Source of the DNA: Desulfobacterales bacterium
GTDB taxonomy: Bacteria; Desulfobacterota; Desulfobacteria; Desulfobacterales; UBA5616
Reading direction: 5' to 3'
Assembly (NCBI GenBank): GCA_046483495.1
Contig: JAWODC010000070.1
Location: 93,558-157,557 of the forward strand
DNA: 64,000 bases
A program made the translations under genes and the position numbers. Numbering within the stretch: position 1 is the stretch's first letter; each line of letters starts with the position of its first letter. Under the pieces are notes generated by a model. That model had not been told where the DNA came from. It saw nothing but the letters and a program-made list of their open reading frames with translations, and searched no databases. Of this stretch, positions 39,235 to 48,396 are shown one piece after another.

Positions 39235-39915
39235 TCACTTATAATTCCTGCGCGGGCGTTCCGGATTTTCTTCGATGTTTTTATGGCACCTGGCGATGTA
39301 CTGCAGCGCCTTTTTCTGAACCCCGACATCCGGGTAATCGGTAATCACCGACTCGAATCGTTTTAACGCCGCCTTGTAATGTTTGCCCTTGTAATAAAAC
39401 ATGCCCACATAAAATTCGTTTTCGGCAAGGCTTTTCAAACAGGCATCGATATGCTCCCGGGCGGTCTGTGAATAGGGATCCTCGGGAAACTGGCGGGTCA
39501 ATCTCAAAAAGGCGTTCAACGCATTCCGGGCATACGTCTGGTCTCTGTCGATGGCATCGAGCCGTTCGAACCAGCACCTGCCGATCTGGTAAAGAACATA
39601 AGGAATGGCCTCGTTTCTGGGATGCAGACTTTCAAAATCCCTATAAGCCAGAATGGCGGCATCGTATTCATTGACATGGTAATACGCGTCGGCGATTTTG
39701 AGTTCCGCCAGGGTGGCCAATTTGCTGAAGGGGTACCAATCCTTGAGTTTTTCAAAGGTAATGATCGCGTAACGGTAATCCTCCTTTTCAAACTGCGCCG
39801 TCCCTTCAGCGGCAAGTTCCTGGGCGGTCTTTTCTTCACGAACCTGGCCGCCGGCACATCCGGCCAATAAAAGCATCGTCGCCAGTAACGGCAACAGTAT
39901 TTTTCGATCTTTCAT
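39235..39915 (-). CDS. bamD: Outer membrane assembly lipoprotein BamD
   Basis: Lipobox LAGC, TPR helices, YPFS, HPRNE, RDQT, EFYVGMFY. Confidence 0.92.
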   Translation of the reverse strand: MKDRKILLPLLATMLLLAGCAGGQVREEKTAQELAAEGTAQFEKEDYRYAIITFEKLKDWYPFSKLATLAELKIADAYYHVNEYDAAILAYRDFESLHPRNEAIPYVLYQIGRCWFERLDAIDRDQTYARNALNAFLRLTRQFPEDPYSQTAREHIDACLKSLAENEFYVGMFYYKGKHYKAALKRFESVITDYPDVGVQKKALQYIARCHKNIEENPERPRRNYK

Positions 39916-39961
39916 CTGTTTAGCACCTGTAATTCTATGTCTTTTTCAGCTAACGGGCGGA

Positions 39962-40900
39962 TCAGTGCGTTGCTGAAATGTTTTCAATGTAATGTTGAGC
40001 GGAAAAAGCCGCAACGGCCGCATCGCCGACTGCCGTAACGATCTGGCGCAGCGGGGTGTTCCGTACATCGCCTGCCGCATAAACACCGGGAACGGATGTC
40101 TCCATATCGGGACCGACCTTGATAAAGCCCCAGTCGTCGAGCGCAACCGCATTTCCAAGAAAATCGTTATTGGGATTGATCCCCACCCATATAAAACATC
40201 CGTCCACCACGATTTGCCTGGTTTCGCCGGTCTTGACATTCTGAACGACGATTTTTTCAACGTTGGTCAATCCGCCCATGATATCCGTTACCACGGAATC
40301 CCAGACGAATTCTATTTTTTCATTGCTCAGGGCCCTTTCCTGGAGAATCTTTTCAGCGCGCAGCCGGTCCCGGCGATGAATCAGGTAAACCTTGTTCACG
40401 AATCTGGTGAGATAGATGCTCTCCTGAACCGCGGTGTCCCCGCCGCCGACCGCCGCGACCACACCGCCTTTATAAAACGGGGCGTCACAGGTTGCGCATG
40501 CGGAAACGCCCCTGCCGAAGAAGCGGTCTTCCCCGGGAATACCCAATTTTCGCGGCGAAGCGCCGGATGCGATGATGACCGTGTGCGTATGAATTGTTTT
40601 GTCGGCCATAAAGAGCGCCTTGACCGGCCCGGTGAAATCCACCCCCTGCACTTCACCGGATTCGATGGTTAAGCCGAAATGCCGGGCTTGTTCGGTCATT
40701 CGCATCACCAGGTCCGTGCCGGTGATGCCTTCGGGAAACCCGGGATAATTTTCAATCCAATCCGTAACCAGAATCTGGCCTCCGGGAACGGTTTTCTCGA
40801 GAAGAAGAACATTCAACTTGGCGCGGGCCGCATAGAGCCCAGCCGTCAATCCTGCAGGTCCGCCGCCGATGATGACTAGATCGTAATTCACCAGGGTCAT
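39962..40900 (-). CDS. trxB: Thioredoxin reductase
   Basis: GGGPAG, CATCD, GGGDTA, HRRD. Confidence 0.96.
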   Translation of the reverse strand: MTLVNYDLVIIGGGPAGLTAGLYAARAKLNVLLLEKTVPGGQILVTDWIENYPGFPEGITGTDLVMRMTEQARHFGLTIESGEVQGVDFTGPVKALFMADKTIHTHTVIIASGASPRKLGIPGEDRFFGRGVSACATCDAPFYKGGVVAAVGGGDTAVQESIYLTRFVNKVYLIHRRDRLRAEKILQERALSNEKIEFVWDSVVTDIMGGLTNVEKIVVQNVKTGETRQIVVDGCFIWVGINPNNDFLGNAVALDDWGFIKVGPDMETSVPGVYAAGDVRNTPLRQIVTAVGDAAVAAFSAQHYIENISATH

Positions 40901-40909
40901 TTTAACCGC

Positions 40910-41236
40910 CTAAAGGATATTGTTGATGGATTCTTCGAGTTTCGATTTGGCGACCATTCCGGTAATCTGTTCGGATACTTTGCCGTCCTTGAAAAAAATC
41001 AAGGTCGGGATCGCTCTTATGCCGAATTTGCCCGGGGTAATCGGGCTGTTGTCCACATTGAACTTGGTGAATTTAATTTTATCCCCAAATGCTGTGACCA
41101 GATCTTCGATGATGGGTGCGATAGCTTTGCATGGACCGCACCAGGGAGCCCAAAAGTCAACCAGTACGGGTTTGTCTGAATTCAAGACTTCTTCGTCGAA
41201 ATTGCCGTCATCCAGTTCCAAAATGCCTTCCGCCAT
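40910..41236 (-). CDS. trxA: Thioredoxin
   Basis: WAPWCGPC. Confidence 0.97.
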   Translation of the reverse strand: MAEGILELDDGNFDEEVLNSDKPVLVDFWAPWCGPCKAIAPIIEDLVTAFGDKIKFTKFNVDNSPITPGKFGIRAIPTLIFFKDGKVSEQITGMVAKSKLEESINNIL

Positions 41237-41287
41237 AATCTCGTCCTTTCAATGATAATTTAATGGGTTGGTCATTAAAACTTGCTA

Positions 41288-41316
41288 TTTATAGTCATAT
41301 CGATACATAAAGTCAA
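41288..41316 (-). promoter_or_regulatory. Putative sigma70 promoter for trxA-trxB-bamD
   Basis: TTGACT-17 bp-TATAAA. Confidence 0.55.
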
Positions 41317-41456
41317 ATATAAGGATTATCAAGCCCTCTTTCAAGGATCAACCCTTTAATGCCGGTGCTGAAATCATCGCTGAAGGAATCGTCTTGTCGG
41401 AAAGGTGCATAAGCGTGTACATTGACTGGAGATCAGGATGCTATAAGGAGACATGC

Positions 41457-42260
41457 ATGGGCGAAAAAATTCGTATCGGAGCACTGATATCCGGAAGCGG
41501 AACCAATCTTCAAGCCGTCATAGACGCCTGTGAATCGGGAGCCATCGCCGGCACCGTGGTGTTCGTCGGTTCGGATAACCCGTATGCAAAAGGCCTTGCC
41601 CGGGCTGAAAAGCATGCCATTCCAACGTTTGTTGTCCATTATCGAGACATCATCAGGGGATATCGAGAGGATACCTTCACCACGCCGCCCGGTGTCGATA
41701 TCGATGCGGTCATGAGAAAACAGCGCCTCTTATCACCCCGTATGGATGCCCGTAAGATGAAAACGTTCTTTTCAACCCGCATCACCGCCGAAGCTTGTTT
41801 GCTCGAGGAAATGGCTGCATATCCGTTCGACCTGCTGGTATTGGCCGGATTTATGAGAAACGTAACCCCTTTTATGATCGATGCCGTCAACGGGAGGCAC
41901 GATGTTCCCAGAATCATGAACATCCACCCGGCGCTGCTTCCCGCGTTTCCCGGCGTGGACGGATACGGCGATACGTTTCGGTACGGCTGCAAGGTCGGGG
42001 GATGTACGGTTCACTTTGTCGACTACGGGGAGGATTCGGGCCCGATTATCGGCCAGAAGGCATTTCCCATCCTGCCGGATGACTCCCTGGATTCGGTAAA
42101 AAAGAAGGGCCTCGAACTGGAATGGAAGCTTTACCCGGAATGTATTCAACTGTTTGCCGAAAACCGGTTGAGAACGGAAAAAAGGGTGCATGACCTCGGC
42201 GGGGGTAAGGTTTTCGAACGGACCGTGGTGAAAATTCTGAGTCCGGAGACGAGCGTGTAG
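41457..42260 (+). CDS. purN: Phosphoribosylglycinamide formyltransferase with internal insertion
   Basis: ISGSGTNLQA, LAGFMR, NIHPALLP, GCTVHFV, DSGPII. Confidence 0.93.
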   Translation: MGEKIRIGALISGSGTNLQAVIDACESGAIAGTVVFVGSDNPYAKGLARAEKHAIPTFVVHYRDIIRGYREDTFTTPPGVDIDAVMRKQRLLSPRMDARKMKTFFSTRITAEACLLEEMAAYPFDLLVLAGFMRNVTPFMIDAVNGRHDVPRIMNIHPALLPAFPGVDGYGDTFRYGCKVGGCTVHFVDYGEDSGPIIGQKAFPILPDDSLDSVKKKGLELEWKLYPECIQLFAENRLRTEKRVHDLGGGKVFERTVVKILSPETSV

Positions 42261-42416
42261 TGTAGAGCGGTTACCCGTAGAGGGATCGTTATCGGGATCG
42301 GGTATCGATTTTTTAGGGTGGCTTGGGAGAAGGCGGCCGGAAACGTGTAACCGCAGCAATACGCAAGGATTACCATTTTCAGGCCGATCCGGAACTACTT
42401 GCAATTGTAACCCTCC

Positions 42417-43544
42417 TTAAAAACCGACTTCATCGGCGACACGGCAGCGGTTTTGTTTGGCGTGGCCAAACAGCAGCTCCGATTCTTTCGCGTGTTTGTA
42501 AAAGAGCTGGATGTTGAACTCCTCGGTAAACCCCATGCCGCCGTGGATCTGCTGGCTCATCCAGGTGGACTGCTTGTATGCATCGCTGCACCATGCCTTT
42601 GCCATGGCGGCTTCCCTGGTGCAGGGCTTGCCGTGGGAAATCAGGGAAGCGGCGCTGTAGGCGATCAATGAGGCGCCGTCAAGAAAAATCGCCATATCGG
42701 CACAGTAGTGCTGCACGGCCTGGAAGCTGCCGATGGGCCTCCCGAACTGATGACGATCCTTTGCATAGGCGACGGTCATCTCCAAAACGCGACGCAGTCC
42801 TCCGATCATTTCAGCGCACTTCAGTACGGCCGCCCGGTTAATGATCCCTTCCAGAATTTCGTTGCCCCGGCCGGGGCCGCCGATGATATGGTCTTCGGCT
42901 GCCGGCACATTATCAAATGCAACGGCATAACTTTTTTCATCCGTTATGGTGTTCACCGGGGTTACCGTCACTCCCGGCGACCCGGTATCGACCAGCATCA
43001 GGGTGGGGCCTGCGGCATTCTCCTTCACATCCGCGCACAGCATCATTTTCCCTGCATACGGCGCATACGGCACCAGAAGCCGCACCCCGTTGACCTGATA
43101 GCCGCCGCCGGAAGCTTTTTCAGCGGAAACGGCAGGTGCATGCGTATCGATTTTTCCGTTCTCATCGAAGAGGGCCGAGGCGATGATCAGCCCGCCGTCG
43201 ACCAACAGCGGGAGGCATTTGCTTTTCAAGTCCTCCGATCCGGCTTCCTGGAGCACCATGCCGGGCAGAACATTGCCGAACAGCAGGGGGCTGGGCAGCA
43301 GAACCTTTCCGATTTCCTCGAAAAGCAGGAACACGTCCATGAAGGACCCCTGCATGCCGCCGTATTGCTCTTCGAAGGTCATTCCCAGCCACCCCAATTG
43401 GGCCATTTTTTTCCATATGGCACCGGAATAGCCGGTTTCGCTTGCTTTGATTTCCCGAACCGTATCGAACGGAACTTCCTTGGACAGAAATTCCGAAAAG
43501 GACTTCCGAAGCATTTCCTGTTCTTTGTCTAATCCAAAATCCAT
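42417..43544 (-). CDS. Acyl-CoA dehydrogenase family, probable non-catalytic partner subunit
   Basis: RHQFGRPIGSFQAVQH, QIHGGMGFT; C-terminal ELLFG instead of the catalytic GG..E motif. Confidence 0.88.
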   Translation of the reverse strand: MDFGLDKEQEMLRKSFSEFLSKEVPFDTVREIKASETGYSGAIWKKMAQLGWLGMTFEEQYGGMQGSFMDVFLLFEEIGKVLLPSPLLFGNVLPGMVLQEAGSEDLKSKCLPLLVDGGLIIASALFDENGKIDTHAPAVSAEKASGGGYQVNGVRLLVPYAPYAGKMMLCADVKENAAGPTLMLVDTGSPGVTVTPVNTITDEKSYAVAFDNVPAAEDHIIGGPGRGNEILEGIINRAAVLKCAEMIGGLRRVLEMTVAYAKDRHQFGRPIGSFQAVQHYCADMAIFLDGASLIAYSAASLISHGKPCTREAAMAKAWCSDAYKQSTWMSQQIHGGMGFTEEFNIQLFYKHAKESELLFGHAKQNRCRVADEVGF

Positions 43545-43580
43545 GTTGCCACTCCTTTTGTCGTCATGTTGAAATCGGGA

Positions 43581-44759
43581 TTACCGGGGCAGACCCAAGC
43601 CTCTTTGAGCGATGATGTTCTTCAGCACTTCCATGGACCCTCCCTGGAGCGTATAGCTGGGTCCCCACAGATAGCATGCCGCCGCATCCACACCGAACCG
43701 CATCCAATCGCCTTCCCTGATAATGCTTCGCAAGCCCCCGATCTGCGTGGCCGCATCGTTGACCCGCTGTTCGAAGCGGGTGCAGAACGCCTTGCTGACC
43801 GCCGCCCGGCTCGTAGGCTTTTCCCCCTGATCGATAATCCAGGCCGTGTTGTAGCAGAGCAGTCGGCCCACGTTGAACTCGATCTCAAGCTGGGCCATGG
43901 TATCCCGAATCCAGTCGTATTCCTCATCGGATATCGTTTGCCGGTCGATTTCGGCGACAAACCGCCTGAGCGCGCTATACACGGGGTAATTCTGCATCAG
44001 GCGTTCGATGCCGGAGCGTTCGTAGTCCATCTGTGCCATGATCTGCTTGAAACCCGCATCTTCCTGTCCAACCAGGAACTTGCTGCTGATCCTGACATTG
44101 TCGAAAAAGACTTCGTTGAAGCTGTGTTCGCCGGCCATGTTGATCAGCGGCCGAATCGTAACCCCCGGGGCTTTCATGTCGACAATAAATTCACTGCACG
44201 TGCGGTGTTTGGGCAGGGACTCATCGAAATTGGTCTTGGCAAGCAGCCAGCCGCAGTCCGAAAGGTGACCCTCGGATGTCCACACCTTCTGGCCGTTGAT
44301 GATGTAGTCATCGCCGTCTTTGACCGCCGTGGTCGAGACGGCGGCCAGGTCGGAGCCCGCATCCGGCTCGCTGAACAGCAGGCAGAACATCACGCCTTCA
44401 TCTGCGTTGAGGATTCGGGGCAGGTAGTATTTTTTCTGCCATTCAGTGCCGAACTTGATCAGGGCCGGTCCGATCTGGCGCTCCGCCATGAAATGATATC
44501 CGACGGGAGCCTGGTATTTGAAAAGCTCTTCTAAAAGAATCATCTTTTCGACCTGGCCGAGTCCCGCACCTCCATATTCTTTGGGCCAGTTAAGTCCGAT
44601 CCAGCCCCGCTTTGCCATCTTGCGGGAAAATTCGCGGTTGGGTTCGGCTACGATAGCCTTGCTGGTCACCTTGAAGGTTTTCGCTGCAACTTCGGCTTCA
44701 ACAAACGTCCGAACGTCCTGCCGCAATTTCTCCTGGGCTTCGGTAAACGTCAAATTCAT
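43581..44759 (-). CDS. Acyl-CoA dehydrogenase, probable catalytic subunit
   Basis: FSEPDAGSDLA, NGQKVWTS, FNEVFFDNV, GGSMEVLKNII; start MNLTF with GGAGG RBS. Confidence 0.9.
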   Translation of the reverse strand: MNLTFTEAQEKLRQDVRTFVEAEVAAKTFKVTSKAIVAEPNREFSRKMAKRGWIGLNWPKEYGGAGLGQVEKMILLEELFKYQAPVGYHFMAERQIGPALIKFGTEWQKKYYLPRILNADEGVMFCLLFSEPDAGSDLAAVSTTAVKDGDDYIINGQKVWTSEGHLSDCGWLLAKTNFDESLPKHRTCSEFIVDMKAPGVTIRPLINMAGEHSFNEVFFDNVRISSKFLVGQEDAGFKQIMAQMDYERSGIERLMQNYPVYSALRRFVAEIDRQTISDEEYDWIRDTMAQLEIEFNVGRLLCYNTAWIIDQGEKPTSRAAVSKAFCTRFEQRVNDAATQIGGLRSIIREGDWMRFGVDAAACYLWGPSYTLQGGSMEVLKNIIAQRGLGLPR

Positions 44760-44779
44760 CGGTATGCCTCCATGTAGGG

Positions 44780-44828
44780 GGGTAATGGGTAATGGGTTAT
44801 GGGTTATGAGTAATAGGTAATGGGCAAT
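44780..44828 (+). repeat. Seven-unit heptamer tandem repeat (GGGTWAT consensus), with inverted partner at 44875-44888
   Basis: GGGTAAT GGGTAAT GGGTTAT GGGTTAT GAGTAAT AGGTAAT GGGCAAT. Confidence 0.85.
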
Positions 44829-44896
44829 ACGACCGGAGGTCATCCTCCTCCCTTCTACCCCGCACTTATCACCGATAACCCATTACCCGTTTTACT

Positions 44897-45295
44897 TTAC
44901 TTCTTTGGAATATACTTCCCGTTCTGTACAACCGCCACTACCGTCAGCGGACCGTCAATGCGGAGATACCGGTAGGTGTGTTTGACCCCCTTGGGAATAT
45001 AGACGGCGCAGGGGGTTGTGGCGGTGTAAGTTTCATCTTCCAGGGTGACTTCGATTTCCGCATCGCCGGGCTTGCTGATGTACAGGTATGCTTCGCTGTC
45101 GTCGTGATAATGGGTATAGGCGATGGGGCGTTCCTGGTGGATTTTCTTGTGGATGCCGCCTGCGATGAAAAAATCGCTACCGGGCACTAGTTCGTCATTC
45201 ATGAGAATCTGGTATTTTCCTGGGACATGGGCGTCGAACTCGTCAATTACCTTCGGCTGCCGCACGATGCATTTTTCGTATTTGTTATCTGCCAA
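44897..45295 (-). CDS. Cupin-domain protein
   Basis: HYHDDSEAY...YIPKGVKH; TTG start with AGGAGG RBS. Confidence 0.8.
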   Translation of the reverse strand: MADNKYEKCIVRQPKVIDEFDAHVPGKYQILMNDELVPGSDFFIAGGIHKKIHQERPIAYTHYHDDSEAYLYISKPGDAEIEVTLEDETYTATTPCAVYIPKGVKHTYRYLRIDGPLTVVAVVQNGKYIPKK

Positions 45296-45373
45296 TGTTC
45301 TCTCCTCCTTCGTTTTAATCGTAGTGCAATGCCGCCCCTCAACTTAGCTTTAATCCTTCAGCTTTCCTCATCA

Positions 45374-45394
45374 ACTGTTCACTGTTCACCGTTC
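45374..45394 (+). repeat. Three-unit heptamer repeat (ACYGTTC)
   Basis: ACTGTTC ACTGTTC ACCGTTC, intergenic. Confidence 0.6.
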
Positions 45395-45401
45395 ACTCCC
45401 A

Positions 45402-46178
45402 TCACTCTCCACTAAACTCCGGCTTGCGCTTTTCCAAAAAGGCCGTCATCCCCTCCTTGGAATCCCGGGTTTCGAAGCATATCGACTGAAGATTGGCCTC
45501 GATTTCCATCAAAGACTGAAGGCTTGCCGGCCAGTTGTTCAATGCGCTTTTAATCATGGCGTAGGAGCGTGACGGGCCGTTCGCGAAATGTCGGGCCAGG
45601 TCCATTACCTCGTCCATGAGGGCGTCATGCGGTAGAAGTTTATTCAGCAGCCCCATTTCATTGGCTTCCGCAGCGTCGAAAATCCTGCCGGTGAGCATGA
45701 GCTCTTTCGCCCGGTGAATGCCGACCCGAAGCGGCAGAAAATAAAATCCGCCCATATCCGGCACCAGACCGATACCCACGAACGATTCGGCGAACTTCGC
45801 CTTTTCCGATGCATAAATGATGTCGCTCGCCAGGGCGATGTGAAGCCCCGCACCCGTGGCGGGTCCGTTTACGGCGGCGATGATGGGCTTTTCGAGGTCC
45901 ACCATGTATTTGATCAGTTTCTGCACGTTTTTCAGCCTGTCCCGGCCGGCGGGGGCTTTCACGCCTTCCATCGTTCGAATGTCACCGCCGGCGCAAAACG
46001 CCCGCCCCGCACCGGTGATAACCACCACTTTCACTGCGGCATCGGTTTGATAGGAAAAGATTTCCTCCTTTAATTCCTCCCGCATGACCAGATCCAGTGC
46101 ATTGAGCTTGTCCGGCGTATTCAGGGTAATCGCGGCAATGCCGTTTTCCTTTTGTACGTGTATGGTTTTGTAAGACAT
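45402..46178 (-). CDS. Enoyl-CoA hydratase/isomerase (crotonase superfamily)
   Basis: RAFCAGGD, AAVNGPATGAG, GLVPDMGG, AFLEKRKP. Confidence 0.92.
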   Translation of the reverse strand: MSYKTIHVQKENGIAAITLNTPDKLNALDLVMREELKEEIFSYQTDAAVKVVVITGAGRAFCAGGDIRTMEGVKAPAGRDRLKNVQKLIKYMVDLEKPIIAAVNGPATGAGLHIALASDIIYASEKAKFAESFVGIGLVPDMGGFYFLPLRVGIHRAKELMLTGRIFDAAEANEMGLLNKLLPHDALMDEVMDLARHFANGPSRSYAMIKSALNNWPASLQSLMEIEANLQSICFETRDSKEGMTAFLEKRKPEFSGE

Positions 46179-46197
46179 GCGGTCTCCTGCTTATATC

Positions 46198-46218
46198 GGG
46201 TCATGGGTCATGGGTTAT
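46198..46218 (+). repeat. Three-unit heptamer repeat (GGGTYAT)
   Basis: GGGTCAT GGGTCAT GGGTTAT, intergenic. Confidence 0.6.
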
Positions 46219-46229
46219 GGACGGCGCTT

Positions 46230-48236
46230 TCAAGATCCTTCTCTAAGATCGATGCCGTTTGCCCCGGCGACAATGTCGCCGATTTCGCTCATGATATGAT
46301 TCAGGTCATAATCCTTCGGGGCGTATATTCTTCGAATGACTTCCCGGTCCAGCTTCTCCAGGTCCGCTGATGGAATGATGCCGCCCAGAACCACCGGCAC
46401 CGACCCGAGGCCCCGCTCCTTCATGCACCGAATCACTTCGGGCACCAACTCCAGGTGAGAGCCGCTCAGGATGGAAAGGCCCACAATGTGGACGCCTTCC
46501 TGGAGGGCGCTTTCCGCGATTTGCTCGGGGGTCAGGCGAATGCCTTCATAGACCACATCCATTCCCACGTCTTTGGCTTTCACCGCCACTTGTTCGGCGC
46601 CGTTGGAGTGGCCGTCCAGTCCGGGCTTTCCGATCAGAATTTTGACATTTCGGCCCAGCGCCCGGCCGATCCGCCGGATCTTTTCATTGACCTGCCGGGC
46701 CTCGTCCGGTGCGATTTCCACGGTGGAGACCCCACTGATGCCCGTCGGGGCCCGGTATTCACCGAACACTTCCCGAAGCGCATCGGCCCATTCGCCGGTG
46801 GTCACGCCGGCTGCCGCGCAGTCCCGGCTGGGCACCATGATGTTTTCGCCCCGGTGAAGGGACTCCCGGAGACGATCCAGGGCGGATTGCACCGCATCGG
46901 CATCCCGTGTTTTCCGAAATTCGTCCAGCAGGCGCACCTGTTCCTCTTCAACCGTGGGATCCACCATGAGAAACGACGATTCCATGGACTGGATCAAAGG
47001 CGACGGTTCGGTTTCCACGAAATCATTGACGCCGACCACCACCCGGTCCCTGTTTTCGATTTCACGGATGCGCCGGGCATTGCTTTCCACCAGGCTGCGC
47101 TTCATGTAACCGGTTTCCAGCGCGGTGATCACTCCCCCCATTTCCAGGATTTTGTCCAGTTCGGCCTGTGCCGCCTCCTCGAGTTCGTCTTCTTTTCTGG
47201 CGACCACCATGGACCCGTCGAAAATGTCGTCATACTCCAGCAAGTCGGTCTCATAGGCCATGATCTGCTGCAGCCTGAGGCTCCACTGCTGGTCCCATTG
47301 GCGGGGCAGCCCCAATGCCTCGTTCCATGCGGGCAGCTGCACGGACCGTGCCCGGGCTTTTTTGCTGAGCACTACGCCTAAAAATTCATAGATGATGCGG
47401 GCAATGTTGTTCTCCGGCTGCTGGTCGGTGAGGCCGAGGCTGTTCACCTGAAGGCCGTACCGAAAGCGCCGCAGCTTGGGATCTTCCACCCCGTAGCGCT
47501 CTTTGCAGATCCTGTCCCACATGCGGGTGAAAACGCGGACCTTGCACATTTCTTCGACAAAGCGAATGCCGGCATTGAGAAAAAAAGAAATCCGCCCGAC
47601 CACCCTGGGGAAATCCTCTGTTTGAATTTCCCCGGCTTCCCGGACCGTATCCAGAACGGTGACGGCATTGGCCATAGTAAAGGCGATTTCCTGTACGGGT
47701 GTGGCGCCGGTTTCCTGAAGGTGGTAAGAACAGATGTTAATGGGGTTCCACAGGGGAACATGGTTTACGGTATAGCTGATCACCTCGGCGGTGAGCCGCA
47801 TGCTGGGCTGTGGGGGAAAAATATAGGTCCCCCGGCTCAGGTACTCCTTTAAAATGTCATTCTGGGTCGTGCCCCTCAATTGGCCGATATCGGCACCCTG
47901 TTTTTCCGCCGTTGCCAGGTACAGGGAGAGTATCCATGCCGTCGGGGCATTGATGGTCATGGAGGTGTTCATTTTCTGGATGGGAATGCCGTCGAAAAGA
48001 ATTTCCATATCGCGGCAGCTTCTCACGGGGACGCCCAGTTTGCCCACTTCACCCCTGGCAAGAACATGGTCCGAATCGTAGCCGGTTTGGGTGGGCAGGT
48101 CAAACGCGATGCTCAGCCCTGTCTGTCCTTTTGCCAGGTTGGCCCGGTACAGGGCGTTGGATTCACGGGCACTGGCATATCCGGAATAGGTTCGCATCAG
48201 CCAGGGGCGGTCTTTTTGATGATTCATGGTGCTCAT
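46230..48236 (-). CDS. ecm: B12-dependent acyl-CoA mutase, ethylmalonyl-CoA mutase (Ecm/MeaA) type
   Basis: PWLMRTYSG, AFDLPTQTGYD, YGLQVNSLGLT, VQLPAWNEALGLP, fused cobalamin-binding GLDGHSNG. Confidence 0.85.
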   Translation of the reverse strand: MSTMNHQKDRPWLMRTYSGYASARESNALYRANLAKGQTGLSIAFDLPTQTGYDSDHVLARGEVGKLGVPVRSCRDMEILFDGIPIQKMNTSMTINAPTAWILSLYLATAEKQGADIGQLRGTTQNDILKEYLSRGTYIFPPQPSMRLTAEVISYTVNHVPLWNPINICSYHLQETGATPVQEIAFTMANAVTVLDTVREAGEIQTEDFPRVVGRISFFLNAGIRFVEEMCKVRVFTRMWDRICKERYGVEDPKLRRFRYGLQVNSLGLTDQQPENNIARIIYEFLGVVLSKKARARSVQLPAWNEALGLPRQWDQQWSLRLQQIMAYETDLLEYDDIFDGSMVVARKEDELEEAAQAELDKILEMGGVITALETGYMKRSLVESNARRIREIENRDRVVVGVNDFVETEPSPLIQSMESSFLMVDPTVEEEQVRLLDEFRKTRDADAVQSALDRLRESLHRGENIMVPSRDCAAAGVTTGEWADALREVFGEYRAPTGISGVSTVEIAPDEARQVNEKIRRIGRALGRNVKILIGKPGLDGHSNGAEQVAVKAKDVGMDVVYEGIRLTPEQIAESALQEGVHIVGLSILSGSHLELVPEVIRCMKERGLGSVPVVLGGIIPSADLEKLDREVIRRIYAPKDYDLNHIMSEIGDIVAGANGIDLREGS

Positions 48237-48351
48237 CGATCCTCCAATCCTATTCAAATGCGTTTTGCAATTTCAGTAGGGCAGTCAAAAAACAATAATT
48301 ATAAGGGAATTGGGAAATTATCACAACCCCAATTGCCCTCAAATGTAATGC

Positions 48352-48393
48352 GGTTGTAATCCGCCCGGGCACGCCCCGGTTCGGATTACAACC
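48352..48393. other. Strong intergenic hairpin at the 3' end of the MFS gene (terminator or REP-like)
   Basis: GGTTGTAATCCG...CGGATTACAACC 12-bp perfect stem. Confidence 0.55.
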
Positions 48394-48396
48394 CGT

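Noticed and set aside
44760..44843. N-terminal extension (ITHNPLPITP) of the ACAD
   Set aside because: It is the translation of the heptamer repeat; the RBS supports the start at 44759
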